Below are positions 11,266-24,529 of a DNA stretch of 64,000 nt, piece after piece; position 1 is the first letter of the stretch; each line of letters opens with the position of its first letter. The notes beneath the pieces are model-generated. The model searched no databases. It saw nothing but the letters and a program-made list of their open reading frames with translations, and was not told the origin of the DNA. The stretch is from Ginglymostoma cirratum (lineage: Eukaryota). The DNA lies in the NCBI GenBank assembly GCA_024137785.1, contig JAHRHZ010000029.1, positions 21,480,262 through 21,544,261 on the forward strand, written 5' to 3'. Position numbers and translations under genes: made by a program.

Positions 11266-13934
11266 TTAATCATACTGTACAAAATATTTCTTGTTCATTT
11301 CAATTTTGTTCCAACCTAAAAATTGTACACAATCCCTTGGCCAATAAGACAGAAAATGAGGTAAAACCACCAAGATACTCCTACCCAGACATGGATTGAG
11401 TGAAAAGTTTTTGAAAATAATATTGCTTTAAATGTTGATAATTTTGAGTCAAGTGGACCACTATGAGCCCCCAAGGATAAAACACCAAAATGAATACCTC
11501 ACAATTTTGTATTCCTTTTACTGCACATATTGTACTCATGTTTGGACCACCACAATTCTCAAACTCACTTTTAAAAGCCATTGCACAATATTCCATGGTC
11601 TACAGTTGCCTAGCCACATATCAACACTCAATTCTATTACATAGGTGCTCCAACCTCAATATGTCACTAAGAGTAATCCTAATTCTTGTTTTCTGGTGTT
11701 AATCCAAATTCTCCACTCTTGACATTGCCAGATAATTTCTTCCTTAAGACTATGGGCAACCTTATGAAAAATTCACCACAATTTAAAAGCAACATGATAA
11801 ATAATATTTTGTATTAACAGAAAGCAAATGTTAATTTTTTTTTAACATTTAGAATTATTTCATAAAGTTACAACTTTTGAACTGGTAGAAGAATCAAAGC
11901 CCAAAACAGCAACTCATGCATACAAAGTTAAACATGACAACATATTGGATATATAAAGTAAAAATATCTACTGTATGAAATCTGCTGCTTGAAGTAGTAC
12001 ATAACTGAAAGCAATTTATGATGCTTACCACACAAGAGCTTGTATCAGTTATATTCATCAGGATTTTTGATGTGTATCATTAGATGGGGGTGACACACTC
12101 TCATTCCTATCCCAACTCTAATCTCACATATTATGGACACTTCTGTTTTGTTTTGACTTTCTGATAAGTTGCCAGCAAATTAATGTAAACAAATCTTACA
12201 TTTGACGATTTAATTCTAAGTAATCATGATGAGCTGTTGAATGAATTTATTTTAATTTACTGTGTGATGTTTTCCAGGAAAATTGATTGTAAAGAAAAAA
12301 CATTTGATAACTTAATTCTTCATAATAGACTTTGACTGTATGTTTTGCAATAGCAACAATCCAGATCTTTGGGCTGAACTTTAAATAAAGTATCACATGT
12401 TCCATCAAATAATTATACGTGCTACCAGATTTCAAAATTAAATTCAAGCCCTCTCTCCACATTCAGCTGTTGTGATTTCCTTTGAACTTAGACTGTTGAT
12501 CCAAGTCTGTCTCCAATTCCTTACCCCTAATAACTACTATAACTGCAGGTGCTGTTGAGCAAAAGTGCAACAAAATTTAATTACATTAGTCTTGTTGTTG
12601 TTGTTAACTGCATCAACTTTCATAATACCAAAGAGTCAACTTACTCTAGTTTCTTGTTAATACTGAAAATGTTGCAACTGACTAAAACAGAGGTCTGTGC
12701 CACCATGTTTATAGATAACCAGAACGAATTGCAAAGCTGGACAAATAATTTGCCAATTTGTATTTTCCCCAGTCTCTATTGCTTTTAACAATGGATTTAA
12801 TAAGATTCGGTTACTTACTTGAAATGTACAATGATTGGAAGTGAGAGAAACTGATTGCGCCTGAATTTTTTTTGGTAGGGGAGCACAGTGGTGAGAAAAG
12901 TGGGTAGAGAAAAATGAAGACTTAATGCAAAAAGAGGATCATGCTGAGAAAACTGAATCACTCCACACATTTAAGATGATTAGGTCAATTTGATGTAAAG
13001 AATCAGCAGAGAAAGAGTTAAACCCCTTCAATATAAACTGAGAAGGAAAGCTCAGGAGTAGGTTTAGCAACATCAGCATTTCCATCTCTGTCTCATCTCT
13101 TACTGTTCCATGATAGATGAGCCTTCATAATTCAAATATGTGTAAAAATCAGAACCAAAGTTTCTATTGAAAGAGAAATAGTTCAACAAATAAATATTTT
13201 TACAGAATTGAAATTCCTCAGTACCTACATTTTACAAATAAATGATTGAGAACTGAGATTTGCAACTAACAAATTTGTGTGGAATATAAAACCTCAAGGC
13301 TGAAATTAGTTCAAATGCTAGAGTAAAATAGCTAAGCGATAAGTAAATGGAAATCGAAATTTGACAGGGGTAAAACAACCTGTAAATTTGATGTAACTGA
13401 ATTTGCCTTACCACATGAGATAGGATTTCACTCCATGTTCTCAGGCACTGTACGTTCTAAACCACATTATTCTGACTATTAAATCTTCTTCAACTGCTTG
13501 AAATGACTTGGTCATTATTTCAAGTATCTTCCTCTTGATGCTCCACTTTTTGGCAAATTACTTTCTAGAAGACTGAGAATTTTCACTCAATTGCTTATGA
13601 AGAGGATGAAAATCAATGTAAAACAGAATGCTACAAACTACTAGGAAACATGACCGTTTACCTGAGCTTAGCATTACCTCTCATTCCTTTTCTCCTTCAG
13701 CTAGGAACAGTCGGAGTGACATGCAAGGCAATGATTTCACCCCATATTGACTAGCTAGGATGGATACTTTGCACTGGAGCAGTGGCCCTCTTGATGATCT
13801 CATCTCTTTAAGATATGTTCTTTGCCAGTATGAGTTCCTCCGCTAAGCTCCCTAGCTCAGAATCAAAGGCCAGGGTTCTTCAGGTCGTAAAAATACATTC
13901 TGAGCTTTTATAATTTTCCACTACTATTTTGTGT

Positions 13935-14170
13935 AGGAACAGGAGTAAGCCATTCAACTCCTCAAGCCTGCTCCACCATTCTACATCAAAGCAGATCGTC
14001 TACCTCAATGCCATATTCTTGTGCTATCCCCACATAGCTTGATGTCATTATTAACTACAGATTTATCAATTTATGTCTTGAATTTGCTTAATGACTAAAC
14101 TTCCACAGCTCTCTTAGATAGATAATTCCAAAGATTCACCACCCCCGACTGACGAGGTTCCTCCTTTGCA
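13935..14170 (-). mobile_element. CR1 LINE 3' end fragment
   Basis: TAGGAACAGGAGTAAGCCATTC..CCTGCTCCACCATTC..AATTCCAAAGATTCACCACCC, reverse of the CR1 3' UTR/ORF2 end. Confidence 0.75.
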
Positions 14171-16599
14171 GTCAAAGGCTTACCTTTGTAGTCATTATTA
14201 TACAAAAATAACTGCTGAGTGTAAATGAACCAAAAGGTACATGCATTTTCAAAACCGTTGAATTGTTATTATGCCAGCAGAGTAAAAGTCTTGTTTCATG
14301 GCCTGGTATTATCACTTGCATGACAGACTGGCAAGGGAAGAAATTGGTGATGGTAGTTAAAAAGTGAATTCTGTAATGTGCATACATGCACAGTTCCAGG
14401 GTATCCAATGACCCACCATGGTGATGAGACACTTATAAATATATTTACATCATGATCACAGCCTGATTTGAAACCAGCATATGCTGTACCAATTTCCCTG
14501 GATGGGCTACCTATTCTCCAAAGAGGCAGTTCCAATACTCATTGTGGGTCAGGAAAAATAGCTGCACTACCTCAGGCCGTCATGGAAGTTTTCAGTCTCC
14601 CCAGGCCTCCCTTCAGCTTTCCCTCCACCAGCCCACCACCTGATTCTCAACTGGAGATTCCTCCATCCTCCATCCCTGATTGTCAATTTTTCTCCAACTT
14701 CCTGCTGATGAAGATGGTCTCAGTTACTCTTTGCCATTTTGCTCTCTTCCTCCCAGCACTTGGTCAGCTGCTGAGTGGGAGGTGGAGTTGCAAATGAGGC
14801 CCCGCCATTAATGTCAAAAGGATCTGTGTCTTTGCACTTGCTAGGTTTAGACTCAGCCTCTCCACCTATCCATAAATATCAGGAATATTTGTTTTTGGTC
14901 CATGCACTGTAAAATAATCAATACAGACAGCCACATTTGATGAGATTACATTCACATGAACAAAAGTCTATCTGTACTGTAATATTTCTGTTCGTGGGTC
15001 TCATTTATTAAAGCAAAACTTCATTAACGAATAATTTTATTTTGAATATAGTCACTTATTCTCTGTAATTACAAACAGATCACCACAATGCTGCACTGTC
15101 ATATTCTGCACTGTGGGCAAAACATGGATCACCAGACTCAAAAACATGATGCATTTCCAAACCTAGGAACTGAGGTGAAGAAATCACTTTAATTTAAGAA
15201 AAACTGAGTATGAAAAAGGGAGTATGATCTCAGAGTTCTCACATGTGGTCGCTTGGGTAAAATCCACAATTGAGAGAAACTTAAGAGAAGAAAGGTACAA
15301 ATTAAAATTGGACAAATGAAAGATTACTAGAATACAGGAAATACTTCGCACTTTCACGAAGTTGCGGAGGCTTACAAAATTGGATTGAGGGAAGGAAACA
15401 ACAATGAGATATTGTTCACCATGTGGTTCTAAACCAGACAAGTCATTTTATACAATCTTCTTATTCTTCTTTATACAATCTACTAATAACATTAGTAGTG
15501 CCCAAATAGTATATCACACAGTACAATACACCATTTGTAAATGATCAATGAGATCCTTCAATGAGACTACTAATTTTTAACCACTCTTTGGAATTTGCAG
15601 GGTTACAGTTCTCTGAAGCATCCTGTAGGTTTGCTTTTACTGCTGGACCATACATGACACCCAGCAGGTCTGTGTAATTCACGGACCACATAGCACAGTC
15701 TAAACACTTTTTCACCTTCACGGACTGCTGATAGATTTTAACATTTGTTGCTTTTAATTAACAGAAGGAAGGGAATCAGATCACATGAAGAATGAAACAT
15801 AGAGATACATTATCCTAACATGTGGCAACTTGAAATATTGGGACTCTACATTTGAAGGCTTGGATTGCATTTTTCTCAATCTCATATGCAGCTTCCCCAG
15901 TGTCGCTGACTGTGGGCTATTCAATGTCACATGGTCTTTAATAGGCTTTAATGATTGGAGAAAACTCTAGAATTCAGCTATTGTGTGCCACAATGTTTTC
16001 CAACTCATATCACATGTGTACATTTAATGAGTGATTATCACACTGAGAATTAAGTAAATTCTACAGAAACCTAAACATTAATTTATCCTACTCAGACAAT
16101 GGGCTAAATAATGTGCAAACTGGTGAGGCTGGGTTTGCATTAATTTTTTAAAGTATATATTACAGTCCCGGCAAGAAAAGCCTGTGGTAAATGACTAATG
16201 CAGATTAATAGTGGGATAACGTAGGGGGGTAGATAAAGGGTGAAATAGCTTCAAATGAATAAATAACAAAAATCAAAATGAAGGTAACATTTTATTAATT
16301 CCTACACATCTACTCTTAAAAATTAGAATTCAATGAGACCAGATGGAGAGCATTTTTTTAACTGAATATCAGGAATGTGGGGAATTGCAGTCATCAAGAT
16401 TGTGCCCAATATACAGTGCTGATTTAAATGCTCTTGAAGTGTTAAGGAGAAATTTAGAATTTTCTGAGATTGGCACAGTTTTCATTTAAACTTTCCTGCC
16501 ATTTAGCAATGTTAGCTAGTAAAAAGACACAACTCATGCCACGTTGAAAAATTCCATTTCAATTACATATACATAAGTGAAGGCTAGAAACAATGGCTC

Positions 16600-17065
16600 A
16601 ATAGCAACAATGCATAAATACATAGAACCTGCAGTATAGTGCATGGTCCCAGTAGAACATTGCAGTTAAGAAACCCCACCACCCAGGAGTAATGCAACCT
16701 GCTTCACTGGCTTCCCACCAACACGTCAAGCAATCATTCCTTCCACCATAGGTGCACCACGGTTGCAGTGTACCATCTACAAGATGAACCACAACTTTGC
16801 CAAGGCTTCTTCTTCCAAAGTTTCTTCTAAACCCATGGTCACTCAGAGAACAAGGCAGCAGGTGGACAGGAGCATCACCATCTCCAGGTTCTTCTCCATC
16901 TCATCCACTATTCTGTGCATGACCTTTATCACTGTTCTTTCTTCATCTCTGGCTCAAAATGCTGAAACTATCTATCCGACTGCATTGTGGGACTACATTC
17001 ACCTTCTGAAGGACGACTAGAGATGGCAACAAATCCTGCCCTCACGAGTGACATTCATCACATAA
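16600..17065 (+). mobile_element. CR1/L2-type LINE 3' remnant
   Basis: GCAGTGTACCATCTACAAGATG..AGAACAAGGCAGCAG..CATCACC shared with 26500-26760. Confidence 0.65.
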
Positions 17066-17621
17066 ATTTAAAACCCCATTATTGACCCCATTTCAGAAAA
17101 CTTAAATCCTCTATATAAGATTATTTCAGTTAAATAGATCTTTTCATGCTGCTCCTGAAAATATCGTCCTGTACTCTCACACTAAATTACAAGTATTTAA
17201 AAATATTGCAAGTGGTATTGAAATACAAACTGAACACACAATTATTGGGAATTTGAGCAAACATCTTGCACTTACATTGCTATTTATCTTGATCTTAAGT
17301 CAGGAGGTAAAATTAACAATAAGGGGTTGGGAAGGGAGAGAACTCCAGTTGGCAAACAGAGCAGTGGTCCTAACAGCAAACTTGGGAGACATGATTGTAT
17401 GCTACCCTTGAGACAAAAATGCAACAGTTCACCATAATGCTCTGCACTCTGCCTGTTAGCCAATTTCATGAGCATTCTGTCACTGCCTCTTTAAACTCCT
17501 ATTTTGCATTTGGTCTAGTATATGGCAGCTTATCAAACAACACTTAGACATAAAATAGTAGATCAGACCTTGATCGGCTAAAAGACTGCTGGTCATTTGT
17601 ACAGCTAAGCCTGCAATGTTA

Positions 17622-18350
17622 TAAGAACATAAGAATGAGGAAGAAGACTAGGCAATTTAGCCTCTCAGACATGTTCTGTTCTATAATACAATCAAAGCTG
17701 ATCTCATTTTGGCCTCAAATCCACTTTCCTACCTGCTCCCCATAGGCTTTAACTCATTGTTAATTAAAAATCTATCTACCTCCTCCTCAAATTTATTCAG
17801 TGCCTCAACATCCACCATACTCTGGGGTAGTGAATTCCACAGATTCACAACTGTTTGAGAAGTAATTCCTCCTCATCTGTTATAAATCTACCACCTCATA
17901 GCTTAAAACTATGGCCTCTCTTTCCAGATTGTCCCACAAGGGGAACATCCGCGCTATGTCTACTTTGTCAATCTCGTTTAGCATCTTATATACTTCAATT
18001 AGATCTCCTGTCATCCTTCTAAAATCTAGTGCAAAAAGGCTTAAACTGCTCAAACTCTCCTCATGAAACAAATTTTTCATCTCTGGAATTAATCTGGAGA
18101 ACCTTCTGTGAACTGTCTCCAATGTAATTACATTCTTCCTCAAGTAAGGGAACCAAAACTATACACATTACTCCAGGTGCGATCTCACTAATAACTTGCA
18201 CAACTGCAACAACTCTTCCCTACTTTTACTCAATTCTTTTAATAATGAATGCCAAAATTCTGTTTGGTCTCCTTATTACCTGCTGTGCCTGCAGACGAGT
18301 TTTCACGCACGAGACACCCAGATTCCTCCGTACTTTCTGATCCATGTTTA
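17622..18350 (-). mobile_element. CR1 LINE 3' portion (ORF2 C-terminus and 3' UTR)
   Basis: ORF 17880-18143 LETVHRRFSRLIPEMKNL..FRRMTGDLIEVYKML and ORF 18226-18447 QAQQVIRRPNRILAFI are CR1 ORF2 motifs; TAAGAACATAAGAA tail. Confidence 0.9.
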
Positions 18351-20429
18351 GTGATTGCCTTTCTCCGATGTTTGTACGAGTCATACAGTGATAGACGAGG
18401 CCCACTAAAGCAACTATTTCATCAAGATTAATGGTAGATATATCCACAACAGCTCAATCAATCTCCTTCATTGTGGATTGACCTTATTTTAATTGTTGAG
18501 CATAGTCATTATTGTAAATGCAATTTGAACTGGTTAAAGAATCGTATTATCATGGTTAAACTGGTGTGTCAATCGACTAACTTGAATAATAAACTATAAA
18601 ACTGAAGCTTAATAAGTATTTCATTACTTGAGGGACTTTGTCAAGGCATGTATAGACTTGGCAAAGATTTCGTTTTGATTAAATAAGGCTAGACGTTCAA
18701 ACAGTGAAGGAAGATTACATTAGTATCCAATTAAGAGCAGTTGGAAAATCATAATCTAGGTAGCAATTGATTCATTAGATTCTACTACGAGTTCAGTGTA
18801 GTGGCAAATAAACGCTGCCAGTGAGCTACAAATAAAATTATTCCCAATCACAAAGGGTCGTTTAAGGAAAGTTAAGCACAACAATCACATTCTAGTCTTT
18901 TGAAAGTCTTATGATATGAATGTTATATATCAGGCCTGGATCTACCTTGAAAACTGCCAAGATTGTCACAGCAATTGGTGGAATTCTGTCATGCTGAACA
19001 GGGCTTTTCACAAAGATTGCCTTTAATTAGATCTCCTTCAGGTGATTGGCTCAATGCAAATCATCATTTTACAAAGTTTGGAATGTCACAGTTAAAGGAA
19101 TAGATTTTCCTCTCAGTCGCCTGGTTGGATCTTCCTGATCTGATTACAAAGGATTTATACTCCATCTTATTGAAACCGATAAAATTGATCACAGACCCCC
19201 AAGCACCAATCAGTCTGCTTTGGTATCCATCCAATTGACACCCCGCATGCACTGTTCATGCAGTGACAATGCACTAAACACATGATCACTGGCCAATCCC
19301 ATCAGGGTTCATTTGAATACAATATCCAGATCAGTTAGAACCATGCAACATACACTCTAGAAATTTACCGGTATCATCAGTTTAACAGACTTACAGCAAA
19401 AAATAGCTGATTGCTGTCCCATTATACCTTACTTTACTTCTCAAAACCTGTCAAATTGCCCACGTGAGGGTCTCAATTAGTACCTATGTAGAAAGACAAT
19501 ACATGAGTCTTCCCACACAGACTTAATGAGGAAGAGAGGGGAAGGTGGTTGAGTCCCCATCCTTCATCTGATTAAGTGACCCCCAAAGTCCAAGCACATG
19601 CGCGGTGCTTCAAATCTGCCAGTGTATGCAGAAGGAAGACTGAAAAATATTGGTTTTGCAAGTGCTCATTGTTTAGTTACTCAAGAACTGCTAGTGTAGT
19701 ACGCCGTGTGTGTATATTCAAAACATAAATAAACAGCTACTACAGTCCTGGTCATTCAGTACTGATCATTTTCACAAAGGCACCAAAATTGGAAGATGTG
19801 CAGACACAAGGTAGCTAGAAGACCATGCCTAAATTAAGAACAGCGGGAAACTGCAGCCTGTAAATATGAGGAATGAGTTGCAACCCTAATTATCCAAACC
19901 TAAACAGTCTATATATCGCACAGCATTCAGTACAAAACAACAAATGTCTGTGAGTCTTAATAGCACCTTTGAGGTTTGTTGCAGGCGGACTGAGTAGATG
20001 TTATCAAGTTCCTTGAAACTGACTTAAAGACACAATAGGGATTACAGCAGAAATAAATACTTTATTCCCATTTGGCATCTTTTATCATTTGCATTTAAGC
20101 TTAAATTCCATTGGCAGTCATGAGCACCTCCACTTTTGTTAAATAACATAGAATTATTCTTAATTTTTACATTACCCTTGAAAGAAAACAAAAAATCAAA
20201 AATATATTTTAGATTTTTTGCCCAGTGAAGCTATTAGAGATCAAAACCAAAGATGGTGGCAGAGAAATATGTTGGACATTTGAACCGTTAGCTCATACTT
20301 ACTTCCACGGGTAAGAACTGCAATTAGCTAATATTTTAAAAATTATTTCATCATTGATTTTCCCTCTTACTTTCACATTTCCAAGTTGGCAGTATCTTGT
20401 AAGGATTGAATTGGCCTGTGTTTTGCAAC

Positions 20430-20630
20430 ATAAAAACAAAATACCCGTTGTTTTTGGAAATCTGAAATAAAAACAAAGTACTGGAGAAACTCAGTAGGTC
20501 TGGCAGTATCTGTGAGAACGAAATAGAGTTAACTTTTCAAATCCAATACGAGTCATCTTTGGTTCTGAAGAGTCATATCTGACTCAAAACATCCACTCTG
20601 TTCCTCTCGTCACAGATGCTGCCAGACTTT
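20430..20630. mobile_element. Fold-back pair of PLE terminal repeats
   Basis: GTCTGGCAGTATCTGTGAGA..AGAGT versus ACTCTG..TCACAGATGCTGCCAGAC; central decayed hammerhead CTGAA-GAGTC atatct GACTC-AAAAC. Confidence 0.7.
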
Positions 20631-23014
20631 TTTTTTGTATTTGCGTTTGGAGACACTTTTGTGCGCTTTCTTCCCTGACTGATCCACCCAGACTGAAGCT
20701 GTGCGGAGAAATAATTTCCCTCTCAGCAGTTTATAACCAAGTTAAAAGACTGCAGTAACTTACTTCCTACAGCAAAGACACATCAGTTAAGTTCAGATGG
20801 AGTTGCATTGCCGTTGTGTTTAAAAGGCACCACAATGATCAGCTTTCATAGAAGTATTTCTGAAGAATATAACAGTTGCCCCTTTATTATGCATTCTGCC
20901 TTTGTTACATTATTGTAGGAATGAAGGTCTCTAATTCACAATTCCTGAAGGATATTTTTGCAAAACTTTCAAATGCTCTGAAGAATTAATATTGGTTTTC
21001 AATCCTCAACACCTCATGCCTTTTGTTTGTCCTTTCCTGATGCTCTCTTGTGACAATTTAGCTGGCAGTTGCCATGCACAACTGTGCCCAGCCACCATTT
21101 GACATGATTAAGCCTGAACTTTGAGCTGAACATCTGCAGGTCCAAGTATAATACAGCCAATCAAATCTTCACTTGATGTATATATATGTGCACTTCGAGA
21201 AGGGTTCATTGTTATCGAATGTATGCTCTTTCTAGGAATGGGGCAACTAGACTGCCCCAACAGCACCTGCAGCTTAGCCTGTTTAACACAGATCAATCTA
21301 GAAATCAGAAATGCCACTTCTTTAAAATCGCCTCAGGCACAATGTTCCATCAAATGTTTAAATGTGAAATACCAATCTTTTAAAAACTGAAGTGCAGGCA
21401 TTTTTAAAAATTGAAGTGAGAAACTGTCTAGTACTTTGATTCAAGGTATAAACAGAAAATTGCATATTTTAATTTTGTTGGATTACAAGTTGTTGCTGGA
21501 GTATCAGGCATTTTGGTTAAAGGATAGTTCTTATTTCTGTCTGTTCATATATATCAGATTGCTTTGAGTTAACTCTCACTTGTTAAAGTAGGTTTCCTCG
21601 AATAGCCGTTAGGCTATGGGAGACTTGTGATTTGTCTGTCAATATCCAAAATAACTTCAGTCTTACTCTGCTCCCAACAACTTCTAGCACTAATCTTGAG
21701 ACATCTGTACTTGTTACAGCACTTACAGTTCCCTCCAGCAACATCTTGTTATGTCACTCAATGGTGATGAAATAAAGGCGCTGCAAATGCTGATGTAAGA
21801 TACGCTGTGTATGTGACTTCCAAGAGCATTTATTTGGGTGTGTGCAGATTGCATCTTTGAATACCTCAAAACTTTTTTAAAAAAGTGAATCCAACTTTAC
21901 ATAGTCTCCAGCAGGATTTAACCAAATAGATCTGTCTATATTTTTGAACTGTAAACACTTAATGCTTTAACTTTGCTGGGTTTGTGTAGAAACTCCTAAG
22001 AATTGATACCATTTTTTCTCCCCTGTGATTTCAAATACAGTAAGAACTCATGAGTTAGCAGACAGCATGCTACAAATACATCCTTTCTTAAAAAAAAAAG
22101 AGAAACCTCTAACAGCTTGTGCAGAACATCCCTTTCATGAAAAGCATTCCAAACCTGGAAACCTTTCAAAAACAGGGTCCTTCTGTTGCACTTCTTTATC
22201 CTTCTGTCAGTAACTACACAGTTTTGCACTTGGAGCTAATTTGCTTTGATGATTGAGGTAGGGCTGCCAATAGGTGGTGTCGCAACGCAGCTTGCTCCAT
22301 AAAGAAAATGGCCACGTTGTAATTGAACTTTCTCTCTTAGCAATATCTAGAGTTTCCATCTGATTCTAGAATTTTTCTTCATATCCATGAACAAGGCAGA
22401 ATTTACATCTTAATGTTTTCTGTCTATATTTTAAATACCATGAAATTCATACACTTCACTGCTTAGAAAGTTTTGCCAAAGCATTTATACAACAGCAGCA
22501 GAAGCCAACACCACCAACAGCGCAACACTGTGGGGTAATGAGGAGGTTGAAGTTACACAATCTCACAGCAATTGCAATTTGGCAGCTTGGCAATATTGTC
22601 ATCAAAATCTATCCACCTACTGATATCTGACGGAGCTTCATTCCAATTGCTCTGTACCCACGTTTTGCAGAAAGAAGCTTGATTACTGACAGCCTGTCAT
22701 AAATCAGGCATTTCATTTATTTGTAGCTTCATCTTTTGCAGGAGTTTTGGGAGAGGGAAGGGTTTGCACCCTTCAAATAACGACACTTGACACTAACCCT
22801 ACTTTCAATCTTGTATTAATGTTCTTCTGAAATTGCTTGCTAGGAGAATCTGAAGAATTGTCCAAAACAATTACATTTTGGCACTTCTCTATTCTCTATT
22901 TCTTCATGGCAATGTGGTAAACATTAGCATCTTGGGGGTATGAGCATATCAATAAATGTCACTAGCCTGTGATGCCATTCACTGAGATTATGGCTTATCA
23001 GTGTCCTTCCTTCT

Positions 23015-23250
23015 ACTATATCCCTTAAAGCTCTTGTCTAACAAAAGCTATTGATTTCAAGTTTAAACAGATTATTTGGACGAGCATCTTCTACACTTCG
23101 GGTGGGTATGGATCGTAGTGGGAGGGGTGGACAATCGATGGATTATTGGGACAAAGTCCTTCCTTACATCTTTCCTGAATGGTCTGGCTCTGATTTTAAG
23201 GTTAGGTCCCCTTGTACTCAACTCATCCACTGATGGAAAAGGTTTAACAC
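23015..23250 (-). mobile_element. CR1 LINE 3' remnant
   Basis: TTCCTTACATCTTTCCTGAATGGTCTGGCTCTGATTTTAAGGTTA..CCCCTTGTACTC..GGAAAAGGTTT. Confidence 0.55.
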
Positions 23251-23458
23251 ATCAAGATGTTTCATCACCCACAAAATTGCCATTAAAAACACCCATTAAC
23301 ATTCTCAGTCTAGGAAATACAATCCTTGTTTATGCAATTACAAAATATTGGAATGGTTACAGCAAAGAAGGGGGCATTCAGGCCATTGTCTTTCCACTAG
23401 CTCTCTGATGGAGCAATTCACCCAATATCACTCCCATATATATTTCAAAACCCCCACT

Positions 23459-23775
23459 GAATCATAGAATCCCTACAGTGTGGAAACAGGCCCTTCGGCT
23501 CAACAAGTCCACACCGACCCTTGGAGCATCCCATCCAGACCCATCCCCCGAAAACCCACACACCCCTGGATACTATGGGCAATTTAGCATAGCCAATCCA
23601 CCTAGCCTGCACATCTTTGGACTGTGGGGGGAAACCGGAGCACCCGGAGGAAACCCATGCAGACATGGGGAGAATGTGCAAACTCCACACAGACAGTCAC
23701 CCGAGGCTGGAATCGAACCCAGGTCCCTGGCGCTGTGAGGCTGCAGTGCCAACCACTGAGCCACCATGCCGCCCC
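23459..23775 (-). mobile_element. Full-length HE1-type V-SINE (tRNA-derived)
   Basis: Minus strand: GGCGGCATGGTGGCTCAGTGG (box A)..GGGTTCGATTCC (box B), V-domain GTGGAGTTTGCACATTCTCCCC..GGTTTCCTCCGGGTGCTCCGGTTTCC, CR1-like tail CACTGTAGGGATTCTATGATTC. Confidence 0.92.
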
Positions 23776-24173
23776 CAATGGTCCTGCATTTTTTTTTCCT
23801 TTTCATGTGATGATCCATTTTCTTTCTGGAACACCAGAAATGACTGCAGCATCACCAAACTCTCAAGCAGTGCATTCCTGGTCACACACTGCATAAAAAG
23901 GTTTTGCCTCATATTAGCATTGCTTCTTTTGCCAATTAATCTGAATCTATGCCCTCTGGTTCTTGATCTTGCCTTCAATGGTAACCGTTTCTCTTTCTCC
24001 AATTGCTTAGACTCCTCAGGATTTTGAGTATCTCTACCAAATCTCCTAGTTACTTCCTCTTCTCCGAGTAAAAAACAGACAGAAGTGATCCAAGAAGGCA
24101 GCCCATTATCACCATCTCATATAAATAAAAAAAGTTCCAACTTGTCTGCACAACTAAGAGTCCTCATTCCTGT

Positions 24174-24342
24174 GATAACAAGGTGTAGAGCTGGATGAAC
24201 ACAGCAGGCCAAGCAGCATCAGAGGAGCAGGAAGGCTGACGTTTCTGGCCTAGACCCTCTGATGCTGCTTGGCCTGCTGTGTTCATCCAGCTCTACAGCT
24301 TGTTATCTCAGATTCTCCAGCATCTGCAGTTCCTACTATCTC
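24174..24342. mobile_element. Young fold-back PLE terminal-repeat insertion
   Basis: 52-bp inverted arms 24174-24225 and 24256-24307; flanked by GTCCTCATTCCTGTG / GTCCTTATTTCTGTG (15-bp TSD, 2 mismatches). Confidence 0.85.
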
Positions 24343-24529
24343 GTCCTTATTTCTGTGCCTGCTCTCGCAAATTCTTCCTCCACAATCTCTAATACCTTCA
24401 CATTCTTCTAAATGTGAGGTGTCCAGAACTGAATGCAATATTCCAATTGAAACCAAGCCGTTTTTTGTACAGGTTGAACATAACATTCTTGATATTGTAC
24501 TTTAACCCCGTAAATAATTTTTCTTTTTT

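Noticed and set aside
23700-23775. tRNA gene
   Set aside because: The A and B boxes belong to the SINE head and run directly into the V-domain.
23573-24027. Cluster of overlapping ORFs as a gene
   Set aside because: These are translations of an HE1 SINE and the flanking CR1 remnant.
24174-24307. miRNA precursor
   Set aside because: The hairpin is fully explained by two inverted copies of a dispersed repeat; no expression evidence.
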